Positions 43,542 to 53,904 of a stretch of 64,000 nucleotides of DNA are shown here, piece by piece (within the stretch, counting starts at the first letter, position 1; every line of letters begins with the position of its first letter). Below the pieces are notes generated by a model. It ran no database searches, was not told the DNA's origin, and saw only the letters and a list, made by a program, of their open reading frames with translations. This DNA is from Bacillota bacterium (GTDB lineage Bacteria > Bacillota > Clostridia > Acetivibrionales > JANLFN01), in NCBI GenBank assembly GCA_023421675.1, contig JAEZTC010000009.1:52408-116407 (forward strand), read 5' to 3'. Both the position numbers and the translations under genes were made by a program.

Positions 43542-43578
43542 ATATGACACAATTTTACAATGACTATATGTGTTGTTC

Positions 43579-43929
43579 TTATGTATCACCAAGGCCGAAG
43601 CTTACATTTAAAGCCTCATTGACCATATCCATAAGATCATCGTCAAGGTGCCCAATTTTTTCCCTCAGCCTTTTTTTATCAATTGTTCGTATTTGCTCAA
43701 GCAATATAACAGAGTCTTTTAAAAGCCCATATTCCTGTGCACTTATTTCTATGTGCGTAGGAAGCTTTGCCTTGTTAATCTGTGAAGTTATTGCAGCGGC
43801 AATTACTGTAGGACTATACTTATTGCCTATATCATTCTGCACAATCAATACCGGCCTTATTCCTCCCTGTTCCGAGCCTATGACAGGACTAAGGTCAGCA
43901 TAGAATATATCTCCGCGTTTTATTACCAC
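43579..43929 (-). CDS. mazF: MazF/EndoA(NdoA)-type mRNA interferase toxin
   Basis: [62 protein letters not shown]...[15 protein letters not shown] is almost collinear with B. subtilis EndoA. It shows the conserved alr-antitoxin-toxin synteny. Confidence 0.95.
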   Translation of the reverse strand: MVIKRGDIFYADLSPVIGSEQGGIRPVLIVQNDIGNKYSPTVIAAAITSQINKAKLPTHIEISAQEYGLLKDSVILLEQIRTIDKKRLREKIGHLDDDLMDMVNEALNVSFGLGDT

Positions 43930-44222
43930 TATTTTTCCAACTCCCCGAGCCTTTCTTCATACTTTTGCTGCTGTTCCTCATCCACTTCAAAGAATATTTC
44001 TGCAAGTTTTGCGTTTATTTCAGCCATTTCCTGATATCCTTTTTTCATCCTGTCACTCATTTCAATTCTTTTCTTCTGGCCTATATACACCTTCATCGCT
44101 TCACGGACAAATTCACTCCTGTTAGTGTTCTCCATTGATACGATATTATCTACTTCCTTCAGTAAATTATCAGGAAGGCTTATTAATATTTTCTTTAATT
44201 GTGCCAAAAATATAACCCCCAC
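43929..44222 (-). CDS. ribbon-helix-helix (CopG/EndoAI-like) antitoxin
   Basis: [38 protein letters not shown] is an RHH pattern. It overlaps the mazF start by 1 nt. The true start may be the TTG at 44207 (after GGGGG). Confidence 0.85.
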   Translation of the reverse strand: MGVIFLAQLKKILISLPDNLLKEVDNIVSMENTNRSEFVREAMKVYIGQKKRIEMSDRMKKGYQEMAEINAKLAEIFFEVDEEQQQKYEERLGELEK

Positions 44223-44397
44223 TTCATAATTTCGGTACCAAATTATTTTTAGGAACCGTTAAGTTATGAACACCCCACAAAAAAAGCATAAAACAAAATA
44301 AAAAGCCCCAATCTTATTCTTATTATATGCAATCCCAAAAGCAAAATTGCAGATATCTATCACTGTGAAAAACAATAAAGCAGCTTATATCAAACTT

Positions 44398-45567
44398 CTA
44401 AATAAGATAGTTCAAAACATTACAGACATGTCCTCCCTGAAGGTATACCCTGGGAATTCTCTTTCCAACAATACAGGTAATTTCATAGTTTATCGTGCCT
44501 ATACTTGCTGCAAGCTCATCAACAGACATTTCACAGTCTCCCTGTTTTCCGAACAGTACAACTTCGTCACCAACACGTACTGGATTTTTCATATCTGTAA
44601 CATCAACCATGCACTGGTCCATGCAAATTTTCCCTACAACAGGGGCAAATTCACCATTTATAAGAACTCTTGCCTTACCGTTAAGGAGTCTAGTATAACC
44701 ATCTGCATAGCCTATCGGTATAGTCGCAATTTTACTTTCTCTCTTAGTTGTAAATATTCTGCCATAGCTGATACAGGTATTTTTTTCAACATCCTTAACA
44801 AGAATTACATTAGCCTTCAGCGACATGGCAGGTTTTAAATCTATCTTGTCCCTGTTTACTTCATTTGAAGGATAAAGTCCGTAAAGGATAATTCCCGGTC
44901 TTACCATGTCCAGGTGCATCTCAGGATACTCTATTATGCCTGCACTGTTTGCGACATGCTTGACAGGTATGTACAAACCAATTCTGTTCAGTTCACTGCA
45001 TATGCTCATAAATCTTTCAAACTGCATGTAGGTATAGCTTCTGTCTGTCTCATCGGCAGAAGCAAAATGTGTAAACAACCCTTCAATAATCAGACCTGGA
45101 AGCTTTCCTATCTCAGTAACATTTTTAATCGCACTGTAGCCGGGCATAAACCCAACCCTGGTCATTCCGGTATCTATCTTTATATGAATTTTTACATTCT
45201 TTTTATTTCTTAAGGACGCATCTGATAAAGCTTGTGCCAGATCATGGCTGAAAACCGTCTGAGTTACATCATAGTTAACAATTTCGTCGGCTCTCCTCGG
45301 ATCGGTATAACTTAAAATTAGGATAGGAACCTTGAAACCGCTTTTTCTCAACTGAATGGCTTCATCAAGCATTGAAACTGCAAGACGTGTAACACCATTA
45401 TTCAAAAGCGTGTTTGCCACTTCCATAACTCCGTGTCCATACGCGTCTGCCTTAACAACACCCATTATCTCGGCATTTTTATTTGTAATTCTGCGTATCT
45501 CTTTTACATTATGAGCTATATTGTCGAGATTGACCTCAGCCCATGCCCTGTTAAAATTATAATCCAT
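44398..45567 (-). CDS. alr: alanine racemase
   Basis: GVVKADAYGHG (the PLP-binding Lys motif); 389 aa of typical length and pattern. Confidence 0.95.
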   Translation of the reverse strand: MDYNFNRAWAEVNLDNIAHNVKEIRRITNKNAEIMGVVKADAYGHGVMEVANTLLNNGVTRLAVSMLDEAIQLRKSGFKVPILILSYTDPRRADEIVNYDVTQTVFSHDLAQALSDASLRNKKNVKIHIKIDTGMTRVGFMPGYSAIKNVTEIGKLPGLIIEGLFTHFASADETDRSYTYMQFERFMSICSELNRIGLYIPVKHVANSAGIIEYPEMHLDMVRPGIILYGLYPSNEVNRDKIDLKPAMSLKANVILVKDVEKNTCISYGRIFTTKRESKIATIPIGYADGYTRLLNGKARVLINGEFAPVVGKICMDQCMVDVTDMKNPVRVGDEVVLFGKQGDCEMSVDELAASIGTINYEITCIVGKRIPRVYLQGGHVCNVLNYLI

Positions 45568-45643
45568 TATGAATCCCCCCGAAGTTGGACAAAAAAGCCC
45601 CTAGCCGAATATTCTGCCGGCTTTATATTAATTGAAAAGTAAC

Positions 45644-46093
45644 TTACATTGATTCGGCAATGAACTTAACCAAATCAGAGCGGCTTATAATTCCTGCAAG
45701 TTTTCCGCCGCTTACAACAGGAATCCTGTTAATACCCTTTTCAATCATGATTTCAGCAACTTTTGTAACATCGGTATCTTCACTAACGGTTATAACATGC
45801 TTTTTCATAATATCTTTCGCCTTGGTTGCCACAAGCTTTTTAAGCTCATCGTTATAATGTTTGCCGCCTAAAAAAACCAACCCCCCGAGAAGCTCTACAA
45901 CAGGAGGAAAACGTGGTTCGATATCCTTATATAGGATGTCTCTTTCTGTAACAATTCCTACAACCTTATTTTCAGCATCTACGACAGGCAAACCACTGAT
46001 ATTTTTATCTACAAGAATATGTGCAATTTCTTCAATTGTAGTTTCCGTATTAATAACAACTACATCTTTGGACATGATTTCTTTGGCTTTCAT
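45644..46093 (-). CDS. CBS-pair domain protein
   Basis: Two CBS repeats (IMSKDVVVINTETTIEE...SGLPVVD; IMKKHVITVSEDTDV...NRIPVVS). Confidence 0.85.
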   Translation of the reverse strand: MKAKEIMSKDVVVINTETTIEEIAHILVDKNISGLPVVDAENKVVGIVTERDILYKDIEPRFPPVVELLGGLVFLGGKHYNDELKKLVATKAKDIMKKHVITVSEDTDVTKVAEIMIEKGINRIPVVSGGKLAGIISRSDLVKFIAESM

Positions 46094-46123
46094 ACGGTTA
46101 CCTCCTTAATTATTTGTTGGATT

Positions 46124-47671
46124 TTAGATAATGCTTTTTATGGCATATGGAATCTCATTAAGGATATCACCGGCAGTCAGCCCGTGTTCTCCTATAATTT
46201 TAGCCTGTATATCCCCTGCAAGTCCATGTAAATATACACCAGCCAAAGCTGCATCCAAAGCCCTGGAACCCTGTGCCATTAAACCTGCAATCAAGCCAGT
46301 CAGCACATCTCCAGCACCTGCTGTAGCCATTCCCGGGTTGCCTGTAGTATTTATGTATATAATACCATCAGGAGATGCTACCACCGTTGCAGCACCTTTG
46401 AGCACAGTTACAGTATTCCATTTACATGCAAATTCTCTTGCAATTTCTATTCTATTATTCTGTACTTGGTCGATTGTTATACCTGCAAGCCTTGCCATCT
46501 CACCAGGGTGGGGAGTTATTACGGCAGGTGCTTTCAATTTCTTTAAAACCGAAATATCCTTTGCAACAGCATTAAGTCCATCTGCATCGATTACAACAGG
46601 TTTATCAATATATTCTATGATACTGTGAACAAATTTAACAGTGTCTTCGTTCAAAGACATACCAGGGCCCAAAGCCACTGTATTGCAGCTATCAATTTTG
46701 GTTTTAATGACTTCCAAGCAGCCCGGCAAGAAATGACCCTTTTCTTCATCTTCAAAAGGAAGAATAATCGGCTCATGAAACATTGTACTGCAAACAGTCG
46801 CAAGGCTCTTTGGAACACCCAGGTAAACCAATCCGGCACCTGATTTCAAAGCTGCACCTGCAGCCATACAGCCTGCGCCCGTCATCCCTGTTGAACAGCC
46901 TATTACAAGTACCCTGCCATAGCTGCCTTTATTTGAATCTTTCTTTCTGTCTGGAATATGCGATGACACATAGTCTTCATCTATAGTATTAACATTTATA
47001 TTCATGCGTTCCGAAACATTTGCAGGTATTCCTATATCGGCAAGTATAATTTCACCGCAGTATCCCTTCCCCGGGTATACCGCCATACCTGTTTTCAGCA
47101 GCCCAAATGTCACTGTTTTATCCGCTTTTATACACATACCTGGAACCTTGCCTGTATCGCTGTCCAGACCTGACGGAACATCGATAGCTATGACAGGACG
47201 TCCGCTTTTATTAATAATTTCAATGAGGCTTAGTGCCAAACCTCTTGTCTCACCCTTTATTCCTGTTCCCAGCATTCCATCAACAATTATATCTTCATCA
47301 ATAAGTTCTGCTTCTACCTCATTATTCCTGCTGTCATCCTTTATTTCAATACATTCAACTCCGGTGTTGATCATTGCTTTATAATTAATTCCGGAATCTC
47401 CGGTTAGTTGGGTTGTATCTGCATAGGTATATACTTTAACTTTTGAGCCCTTATTAAAAAGATGCCTTGCAACAGCAAACGCATCTCCGCCATTATTACC
47501 TTTCCCTGCAAATACAGCTATTCGCTTGCCCTTAAGGCTAATCAGGGTTTTCTCAATTTCCATGACCACCCTTAAGGCTGCATTCTCCATCAGTACAATT
47601 CCAGGAATCCCAGTTTCATTAATGGTTCTGGCATCTATCTCACGCATCTGGGCTGATGTTGCAAGTTTCAT
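46124..47671 (-). CDS. nnr: bifunctional NAD(P)H-hydrate epimerase / ADP-dependent dehydratase
   Basis: N-terminal YjeF_N (GKGNNGGDA) and a C-terminal carbohydrate-kinase-like domain (GAGDVLTGLIAG). Confidence 0.9.
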   Translation of the reverse strand: MKLATSAQMREIDARTINETGIPGIVLMENAALRVVMEIEKTLISLKGKRIAVFAGKGNNGGDAFAVARHLFNKGSKVKVYTYADTTQLTGDSGINYKAMINTGVECIEIKDDSRNNEVEAELIDEDIIVDGMLGTGIKGETRGLALSLIEIINKSGRPVIAIDVPSGLDSDTGKVPGMCIKADKTVTFGLLKTGMAVYPGKGYCGEIILADIGIPANVSERMNINVNTIDEDYVSSHIPDRKKDSNKGSYGRVLVIGCSTGMTGAGCMAAGAALKSGAGLVYLGVPKSLATVCSTMFHEPIILPFEDEEKGHFLPGCLEVIKTKIDSCNTVALGPGMSLNEDTVKFVHSIIEYIDKPVVIDADGLNAVAKDISVLKKLKAPAVITPHPGEMARLAGITIDQVQNNRIEIAREFACKWNTVTVLKGAATVVASPDGIIYINTTGNPGMATAGAGDVLTGLIAGLMAQGSRALDAALAGVYLHGLAGDIQAKIIGEHGLTAGDILNEIPYAIKSII

Positions 47672-47730
47672 TTAAGCCTCCATTTTATATCAGTTCTAGT
47701 AATAAAGTAAAACCATCATGAGTAATTAAT

Positions 47731-48348
47731 TTACCCGAAAAACTCTTTGTCGAGCTTCTCAAGTTCTTCTGCCCCCAGGAGGTCATGGAAATAGCTATAT
47801 ATATCGGTATCATCCTGGGAGAGCGACTCTTTCTCGTCTATATGTTCCTTAAGACTTTGTCTTTCCTGCTCAATAATCCTTTCCAGTTCTTCCACCCTTT
47901 TTTGATTGGTTCTTATTTTAAAATATACTAAATTTACTGTATTTTCAAGGAGTCTTAAGTTTGCTTCCTTAAGCTTGCCAGGCATGTCATCCAATTCTTC
48001 CTCAATTTTTGCCAATCTCTCATTTATCCTCTTTATTTCTTTCTCGCACTCCTGCATTTCGCTTTTCGCGCTTTCATTTCCATGGTCAAAAACTTCGGTA
48101 GTAAGCTCAAGAATCCTATCCATACAAACCTTTTTATGAGCTGAAATCTCCTTTGATTCAGCACTTATACGAGCCTGATCCTTTAGCAGTTCCTTTAGAC
48201 TTTCTTCACATTTTATAATTTCCGGTGATTTGTCAGCAGCTCCGAATAGGCTATTCCAGCGCTCATCAAGTATAAGAATAGATATATCGTTTTTCCTCAA
48301 AACCTTGGTATCGAATTTTTTCTTTTTCTTTTTAAGAAATCCGAACAT
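47731..48348 (-). CDS. hypothetical coiled-coil protein
   Basis: 205 aa with a basic N-terminus (KKKKKK) and a long Glu/Lys/Leu heptad-like region. No family recognised. Confidence 0.6.
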   Translation of the reverse strand: MFGFLKKKKKKFDTKVLRKNDISILILDERWNSLFGAADKSPEIIKCEESLKELLKDQARISAESKEISAHKKVCMDRILELTTEVFDHGNESAKSEMQECEKEIKRINERLAKIEEELDDMPGKLKEANLRLLENTVNLVYFKIRTNQKRVEELERIIEQERQSLKEHIDEKESLSQDDTDIYSYFHDLLGAEELEKLDKEFFG

Positions 48349-48473
48349 GGCGGCACCCCGATCTAAAAGCGCACCAGTAATTCGCGGTGCATTAGTTTAA
48401 ATTAAATACAAATTTCTACATTTAATTTATCGGCAAAAATTTTATAATTAACAAGTATTAGAAATTTTAGTTT

Positions 48474-50168
48474 TTAATTTCGCTTTTCGGAATTAAACTT
48501 TTGAAAAATTACTAAAACAATACACATGACACATCCAACCACCAAACCTATAAGCATACCATAAAGACCCCGAAAAAAAGATATATCAACAGGTGTATAG
48601 GAATGACAAAAGCTGTTTGTAAGCGATACTCCCGAAACGGCTGCTGCAATAACGAGTGGTAAAAGAATAAGCTTATTGCTATATTTTTTTACACATAAAA
48701 CAAGCAATATAAAAGCAGGGTATCCAACCAGAATTTCCTTAAACCTTGGCCTTACCATCATGAACTGCTCCAGGGCCTCCCTTAAATGTATTTCCAGTTT
48801 TGAAGCTCCTGTCCCCAAGCCATTTCCGCTTCTGCCCAGATAATAATAAAAGATAAACAGTGTAGAAGCAATTAATAGAACCTTAACCGCAATTCCGTGG
48901 TTTGAATTAAACTGCCTAGCATCTGATACAATGTTTTTAAAGTGTTTGAAGTATGAGCAATAAGCTGCAAATGCGGCCAAAAGAGGAACAGAGTATGCAA
49001 CAGCAACTCCCGGACCGGGAAAGCCTGATAAGCCCATTATGTAACGGATACCCAAAAACGATGCAATTATAAGGCATGCACCGGCTGCATTTATAATGAG
49101 AAAAACTATAAGACTTGTAAGCAGGCGAAGTGAAAATTTCTTACCCAAGCATGTCTTTAATAGTTTTACCATGACTGTTATAGCCAGGGACGGGAATACC
49201 AATGCTGCAAGAAAAGCTGTCAGGCCTCCAGCATCGGATTTCAGCAGGAAAACCGGTATTCCAATTGTTAATAGAATTATAAATAGTGCTGCAAATAAGC
49301 CTTTTGCCTTAGGCTCTAAAAGATAAAGAACAAGCAGAAATAATGCAGCCATTATTCCAAAGGGTATTGAAATACTTCCAAGAGGTGATGTCTCAACAGT
49401 AAGCTTTTCAATATCTGAACCAACCTCATAGCCATGTGAAGAAATATATCTTTTCAATCTTAATACTGCATTCAGGGTTTCTTTAAGACTGGAACCTTCA
49501 GAAGTAAGGGGTCTTAAGTAAACAAATCTTATATTTCTATCCACAATCGCCCTGAGATATCTTAAATACAATTCATCTGAATTAAGTAATTTAAGGTCTT
49601 TATCAGGCACTTGGTATATCCTGCCTATAGAATAACCGGTTTTCGCAATTACGCCCTCAAGATTACCCTGTCCTGTAATTCCTGGTCCTGCAGCTGCTTC
49701 AAACACTCCCACTACAATGTGATTTTGGTTTATTATATCTGAAAGACCTTCATAATATGAAAGGCTCTTTTTATAAGAGCCATCAAGGAATAAATATCTA
49801 ATGTTAAATTGTTGAATCAGTTTACTTAACAGTGACAAATCACTGTTTGTCCCGTCGTTAGCTGCCGTGAGATAGGGTATGAGCTTAAACCCATTACCTG
49901 AAAGGACGGCAAACATATCGGTACTCTTAACGTCAAGGGGTGTTTTCATTATTAAGCTGTAAATTCCATTATCTTTGAATAAATTCAATACGTCCTGTTG
50001 GGTCAAACCTGCTTGACCAGCCTGCTTAGCGAATTCTTCATAGTCAGCAGCAATTATTACATTTTTATTTTTCTGTTCTACCAAAACCCTGTTGTATATC
50101 CCGGGAAATAGTGACAAAGTGCATATCAGAAGACATACCCAGGAGATATATTTCAAAGTCCTATTCAA
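48474..50168 (-). CDS. large polytopic membrane protein with an N-terminal extracytoplasmic domain (possibly the DUF5693 family)
   Basis: One TM helix, an approximately 250-aa soluble domain, then at least 8 TM helices. The start is taken at the TTG at 50168 (7 nt after AAGGAG), overlapping the upstream gene by 8 nt. The family name is from memory and unverified. Confidence 0.65.
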   Translation of the reverse strand: MNRTLKYISWVCLLICTLSLFPGIYNRVLVEQKNKNVIIAADYEEFAKQAGQAGLTQQDVLNLFKDNGIYSLIMKTPLDVKSTDMFAVLSGNGFKLIPYLTAANDGTNSDLSLLSKLIQQFNIRYLFLDGSYKKSLSYYEGLSDIINQNHIVVGVFEAAAGPGITGQGNLEGVIAKTGYSIGRIYQVPDKDLKLLNSDELYLRYLRAIVDRNIRFVYLRPLTSEGSSLKETLNAVLRLKRYISSHGYEVGSDIEKLTVETSPLGSISIPFGIMAALFLLVLYLLEPKAKGLFAALFIILLTIGIPVFLLKSDAGGLTAFLAALVFPSLAITVMVKLLKTCLGKKFSLRLLTSLIVFLIINAAGACLIIASFLGIRYIMGLSGFPGPGVAVAYSVPLLAAFAAYCSYFKHFKNIVSDARQFNSNHGIAVKVLLIASTLFIFYYYLGRSGNGLGTGASKLEIHLREALEQFMMVRPRFKEILVGYPAFILLVLCVKKYSNKLILLPLVIAAAVSGVSLTNSFCHSYTPVDISFFRGLYGMLIGLVVGCVMCIVLVIFQKFNSEKRN

Positions 50169-51696
50169 CTTTTGTCTCCTTATGGGTTTTAAGCATTCCG
50201 AGTGCTGCGAGAATAATTCCAACAACAGCCCAGAAAATAATCATTACTCTCGGATAGAACCATATATATTCTACGAATCCAATCAATAGAGCGCCTGCAA
50301 TACCTGCAACTCCAGCGACAAGAATATTCTTCAACATTTTATCTGCTTCACCGAATATTGCCTTTATACTTTTCTTTATCATCCTGAGCATAAACCATAC
50401 GAACGATAAAAGGCCAAAGATACCCATCTGAATCCACAATTCAAGATATACATTATGTGCATGGGCTATTACTCCCGTACCCGTGAATTTATAGTACCTG
50501 TTAAACAGTCTGGCGAAAACTTCGTTTCCAAGCCCGCCCCCCGTTAACCAAAAATCACTTATTATGGGCGTTACCGATTTATAAATCAGTAATCGATACT
50601 GAGACGATTTATCTGCACTAAAATTGGTAAGAGTCATAATCCTGTCTGTAATCTGTGCTGGAAGCAGCGGGAAGCATGCAATTCCTAGTAATATGAAAAC
50701 AGGAATAAGCTTTCTGTTTTTGAACAATATAATTATAAATATTGAGAAAACCAAAGCAAGCCACGCTGCTCTAGTACCGGTCAGGAATAATGCAATTACC
50801 GGCGGAACAGCCATAACTATAAACAGAAGCTTCCTTAACAATGTCTTTGCATTTAATACCGAACTAAAGAAAAACGGCAGTGTAATTATAAGAAATATTG
50901 CATAGTTATTTGGATTAAAGAATGTAGACGGCATTCTCCTAAGCCCGTAAGACATTGTGATATCAGTATACTCCAGGCTTACCTTTACACTATTGGTTAC
51001 ATACTGCCATACTGAAAAGAGTCCTGTAATTGTTACACCCACCAGCATCAATCCTATTAAAAGGTTCAGATCAGATGGTGTTTTTACTGAGCTCATGATT
51101 AAAAGTACTATAAGAAAACATGTAACATAGAATATAAAACCTTTAAGGCTTTGTGAAGGTGATATGGAGAATACCTCTGCTATAATTACCATAACCATAA
51201 AAATAGCAAGTACAAAATCGATATTGCTTACCTTAAACCTTTCATTTCTAAGGCATATTCCTATAAAATACAACACAGTTAAAGCCAGTATAACAATAGA
51301 ACTATATTGATCATGCCAGCTTTCATGCTTTATGATTACCATTAACAGCAGGAATGAACCTATTAGAATCTGGAACTTACCAGTTAAATACTTCACCAGC
51401 CTTAAAATAAGACTTGCCCCGAATAGATTCTCAAACCTGAGGCATATCTTACTTCCCAATACAACAAAACCATTTATTACAAGGTTCATTGCCTTGTAAA
51501 ATACACTTTCGGTCCACGTTTTTGAGAAGTAATCATCTCTTTTTATAAAGTTCCATACAGCACTACCGCTGAAAAGCATCTTAAAAAAACGCCCTATTTT
51601 ATCAGCTATCCTTGAAATAAAACTGTTATAATAAAAATCTCTGATTTTCTTTATAATTATATAAAGGAAGTTCAAAAAAACACTATCGTAATACAA
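50161..51696 (-). CDS. O-antigen ligase / polymerase-like (Wzy_C-type) polytopic membrane protein
   Basis: At least 10 hydrophobic segments and an O-antigen-ligase-like loop motif (LTGTRAAWLALVFSIFI). TTG start. Confidence 0.75.
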   Translation of the reverse strand: MYYDSVFLNFLYIIIKKIRDFYYNSFISRIADKIGRFFKMLFSGSAVWNFIKRDDYFSKTWTESVFYKAMNLVINGFVVLGSKICLRFENLFGASLILRLVKYLTGKFQILIGSFLLLMVIIKHESWHDQYSSIVILALTVLYFIGICLRNERFKVSNIDFVLAIFMVMVIIAEVFSISPSQSLKGFIFYVTCFLIVLLIMSSVKTPSDLNLLIGLMLVGVTITGLFSVWQYVTNSVKVSLEYTDITMSYGLRRMPSTFFNPNNYAIFLIITLPFFFSSVLNAKTLLRKLLFIVMAVPPVIALFLTGTRAAWLALVFSIFIIILFKNRKLIPVFILLGIACFPLLPAQITDRIMTLTNFSADKSSQYRLLIYKSVTPIISDFWLTGGGLGNEVFARLFNRYYKFTGTGVIAHAHNVYLELWIQMGIFGLLSFVWFMLRMIKKSIKAIFGEADKMLKNILVAGVAGIAGALLIGFVEYIWFYPRVMIIFWAVVGIILAALGMLKTHKETKVE

Positions 51697-51702
51697 AATT
51701 TA

Positions 51703-52200
51703 TTACCCCTTTTTACCGACATCACTTACTTTAGCTTTTTCAAACTGGACTTTACCGAGTTTTACATTATAATTCTGACCTATAAGGTAATCATTTCCCG
51801 ATATTGTTAATCCGTTGCCTCCCAGGGTTCCTTTTCCTTCAACTGTAACCTTAAGTGATACATAACCTTCTTTTGATGCTTTTACAAGCTTGCCGTCTGA
51901 GGTTGGGCTAAAAGCTACGGATGGAGCCGTTTCAACCTTTGTAACTTTTCCTATTGTGGTACTCTGCACAAAATCAACTACATTGTCCCCTACATTAATA
52001 CCCTTTGCTGTAAAGTCATTTGCTTCTTCCACATAAAAAGTCATTTGTACATCCTGAGCTTTGTTGAAAACCGTACTGGTTGTGCCTGATTTAACAAACT
52101 TGTATCCTACAAACGCAACTGCCAGCACAACAACCAACACAATTATTATGTCAATAATACTTATTTTCCCGAACAATTTTCCCTTTTTATCAATTATCAT
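51703..52200 (-). CDS. DUF4330-like single-pass membrane protein
   Basis: MIIDKKGKLFGKISIIDIIIVLVVVLAVAF... is the typical N-terminus of this family. The rest is beta-rich. Confidence 0.65.
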   Translation of the reverse strand: MIIDKKGKLFGKISIIDIIIVLVVVLAVAFVGYKFVKSGTTSTVFNKAQDVQMTFYVEEANDFTAKGINVGDNVVDFVQSTTIGKVTKVETAPSVAFSPTSDGKLVKASKEGYVSLKVTVEGKGTLGGNGLTISGNDYLIGQNYNVKLGKVQFEKAKVSDVGKKG

Positions 52201-52249
52201 TTTTTACACACCTTTCAAGTCTTTTAGCTTTATTTTAAGAAGGCTTGGA

Positions 52250-53353
52250 TTATCCCTCACCTTTATATAGATTATAAGTTTCCCTGACAGTATTATCAAG
52301 ATTGAACTTTTCATAAGCAATTTTATAAGCATTATTTTTAAGCCGCTGATACAGGTTTTTATCCTTCATTACATTTAATATGCTTTCAGCAAGTTTCTGC
52401 CTGTCACCGTAATCAACCAGGATTCCACAGTCGTTATCAGCATTTATTACCTCCGAGGTTCCTCCAACATCAGTAGAGATGACCGGAAGACTGCACGCCA
52501 GCGCTTCAATTATGGACATGCTCAATGCCTCTGTTTTAGATGGTGAAACATAAAGATCACTACCATAAAGAATATTTTTAATATCCTTACGAAAGCCTGT
52601 GAAAATTATCTTATCAGCAACTCCAAGACTTTCTGCCAGCTTTTTGCATTGCTCAAGCAATTCCCCATCACCTGCAAGTATCACCTTGTATTTAATGTTC
52701 TGTCCCTGTGTAATCAAATCAAGCTCCTTTATGGATTCTATAAAGAAGGCCTGACCCTTTAACTCGTTAAACCGTCCGGTAGTTGTCATTACAAATTCGT
52801 CTTGTGCGATACCAAACTCCTCTCTTATAGTGGATTGAATTTCTTCACTCCAGTAAGATACATTAACTCCATTATGTATAACCTTTATTTTATCCTGCTT
52901 TAGTCCTTCTTCAAGCATCTGTTCACGTCCTGCATAGCAAACTGCTATCATTTTGTACTCCCGTGAAGAAACCAGTCTGTTTGTAAACTTCAGAGCAGCG
53001 CTTTTGGGTACTACAACATGGCTCGTGTATATTAGACGGGCTTTATTACCCATAAGTTTCGATAATGCAGCTATGTACCTCTCTCTTATAAAGTGAGTTT
53101 GAATTGTATCTATAGACAGCTCTTTACAAAGCTTCGCAACTTTTCTTGCTGCCGATAGGTCATACGGACTTTTCATAGGAATTTCAAAGGCTTCTATCTC
53201 CAGTTCCTTAACCTTTTCCGGCATTGGAAGCCTTTCGGAATATGCTATGTAAAACTTGCATTCCTTATTATGAAGCATGGTTGCCAGAGTTGCCACATAG
53301 CTTTCGTAGCCGCCCTGTCCCCAATTGTAAACCAATTGCAGAACCTTTAACAT
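52250..53353 (-). CDS. GT4 (family-1 fold) glycosyltransferase
   Basis: GRFNELKGQ...SPSKTEALSMSIIEALACSLPVISTDVGG is the E-x7-E region. Confidence 0.88.
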   Translation of the reverse strand: MLKVLQLVYNWGQGGYESYVATLATMLHNKECKFYIAYSERLPMPEKVKELEIEAFEIPMKSPYDLSAARKVAKLCKELSIDTIQTHFIRERYIAALSKLMGNKARLIYTSHVVVPKSAALKFTNRLVSSREYKMIAVCYAGREQMLEEGLKQDKIKVIHNGVNVSYWSEEIQSTIREEFGIAQDEFVMTTTGRFNELKGQAFFIESIKELDLITQGQNIKYKVILAGDGELLEQCKKLAESLGVADKIIFTGFRKDIKNILYGSDLYVSPSKTEALSMSIIEALACSLPVISTDVGGTSEVINADNDCGILVDYGDRQKLAESILNVMKDKNLYQRLKNNAYKIAYEKFNLDNTVRETYNLYKGEG

Positions 53354-53904
53354 TACAGCTTTGTCTCTCCTTTATCTTTACCTTCTCTATATTTAAGCAC
53401 TTTTGCGGGGTTGCCCGCAGCAATTGCATATGGCGGCACATCCTTTGTAACAACCGATGCTGCACCGATAACAGCACCTTCACCAATCTTAACACCGGGG
53501 AGGATTATTACCCTTGATGCTATCCAGACATCATCACCTATTTCTACAGCCTTCGGCTCAGAGTCGCCCTGCTTTATCATAGGTATATCAACTCTTGAAA
53601 AATTATGGTTCCGGGTATAGATCATTACTTCAGGTCCCATCATTACATTGCTTCCAATCTTAAGAGGTCCGGAAACCTTACAGTCCAGCCCTATTCCCGA
53701 AAAATCACCTATTTCAATATTATCTCCATTTCCGAAAAAAACACCATGTTCGATGTTTATGGATTTTCCCGTCTGGCTGAAAATCCTCCTGCAAAGAAAT
53801 CCTCTTATATGTTTGGCGCCAAGGCTGTAAGGCCTGTCCGATCCCGGAAGGTGACGACCCACTATGTAATAAAGCATCAGACATATATTCTTTCCTATTC
53901 TCAT
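53353..53904 (-). CDS. hexapeptide-repeat (LbH) O-acetyltransferase
   Basis: [47 protein letters not shown]. Confidence 0.88.
   Translation of the reverse strand: MRIGKNICLMLYYIVGRHLPGSDRPYSLGAKHIRGFLCRRIFSQTGKSINIEHGVFFGNGDNIEIGDFSGIGLDCKVSGPLKIGSNVMMGPEVMIYTRNHNFSRVDIPMIKQGDSEPKAVEIGDDVWIASRVIILPGVKIGEGAVIGAASVVTKDVPPYAIAAGNPAKVLKYREGKDKGETKL

Noticed and set aside
43526-44838. Plus-strand ORFs 43526..43903 and 44347..44838/44495..44698, opposite mazF and alr.
   Set aside because: They are antisense to two very confidently identified genes.
46131-47384. Plus-strand ORFs (165, 72, 67 and 126 aa) and minus ORF 46651..46839 inside nnr.
   Set aside because: They are Pro/Ser/Ala-rich shadows of a GC-richer conserved gene.
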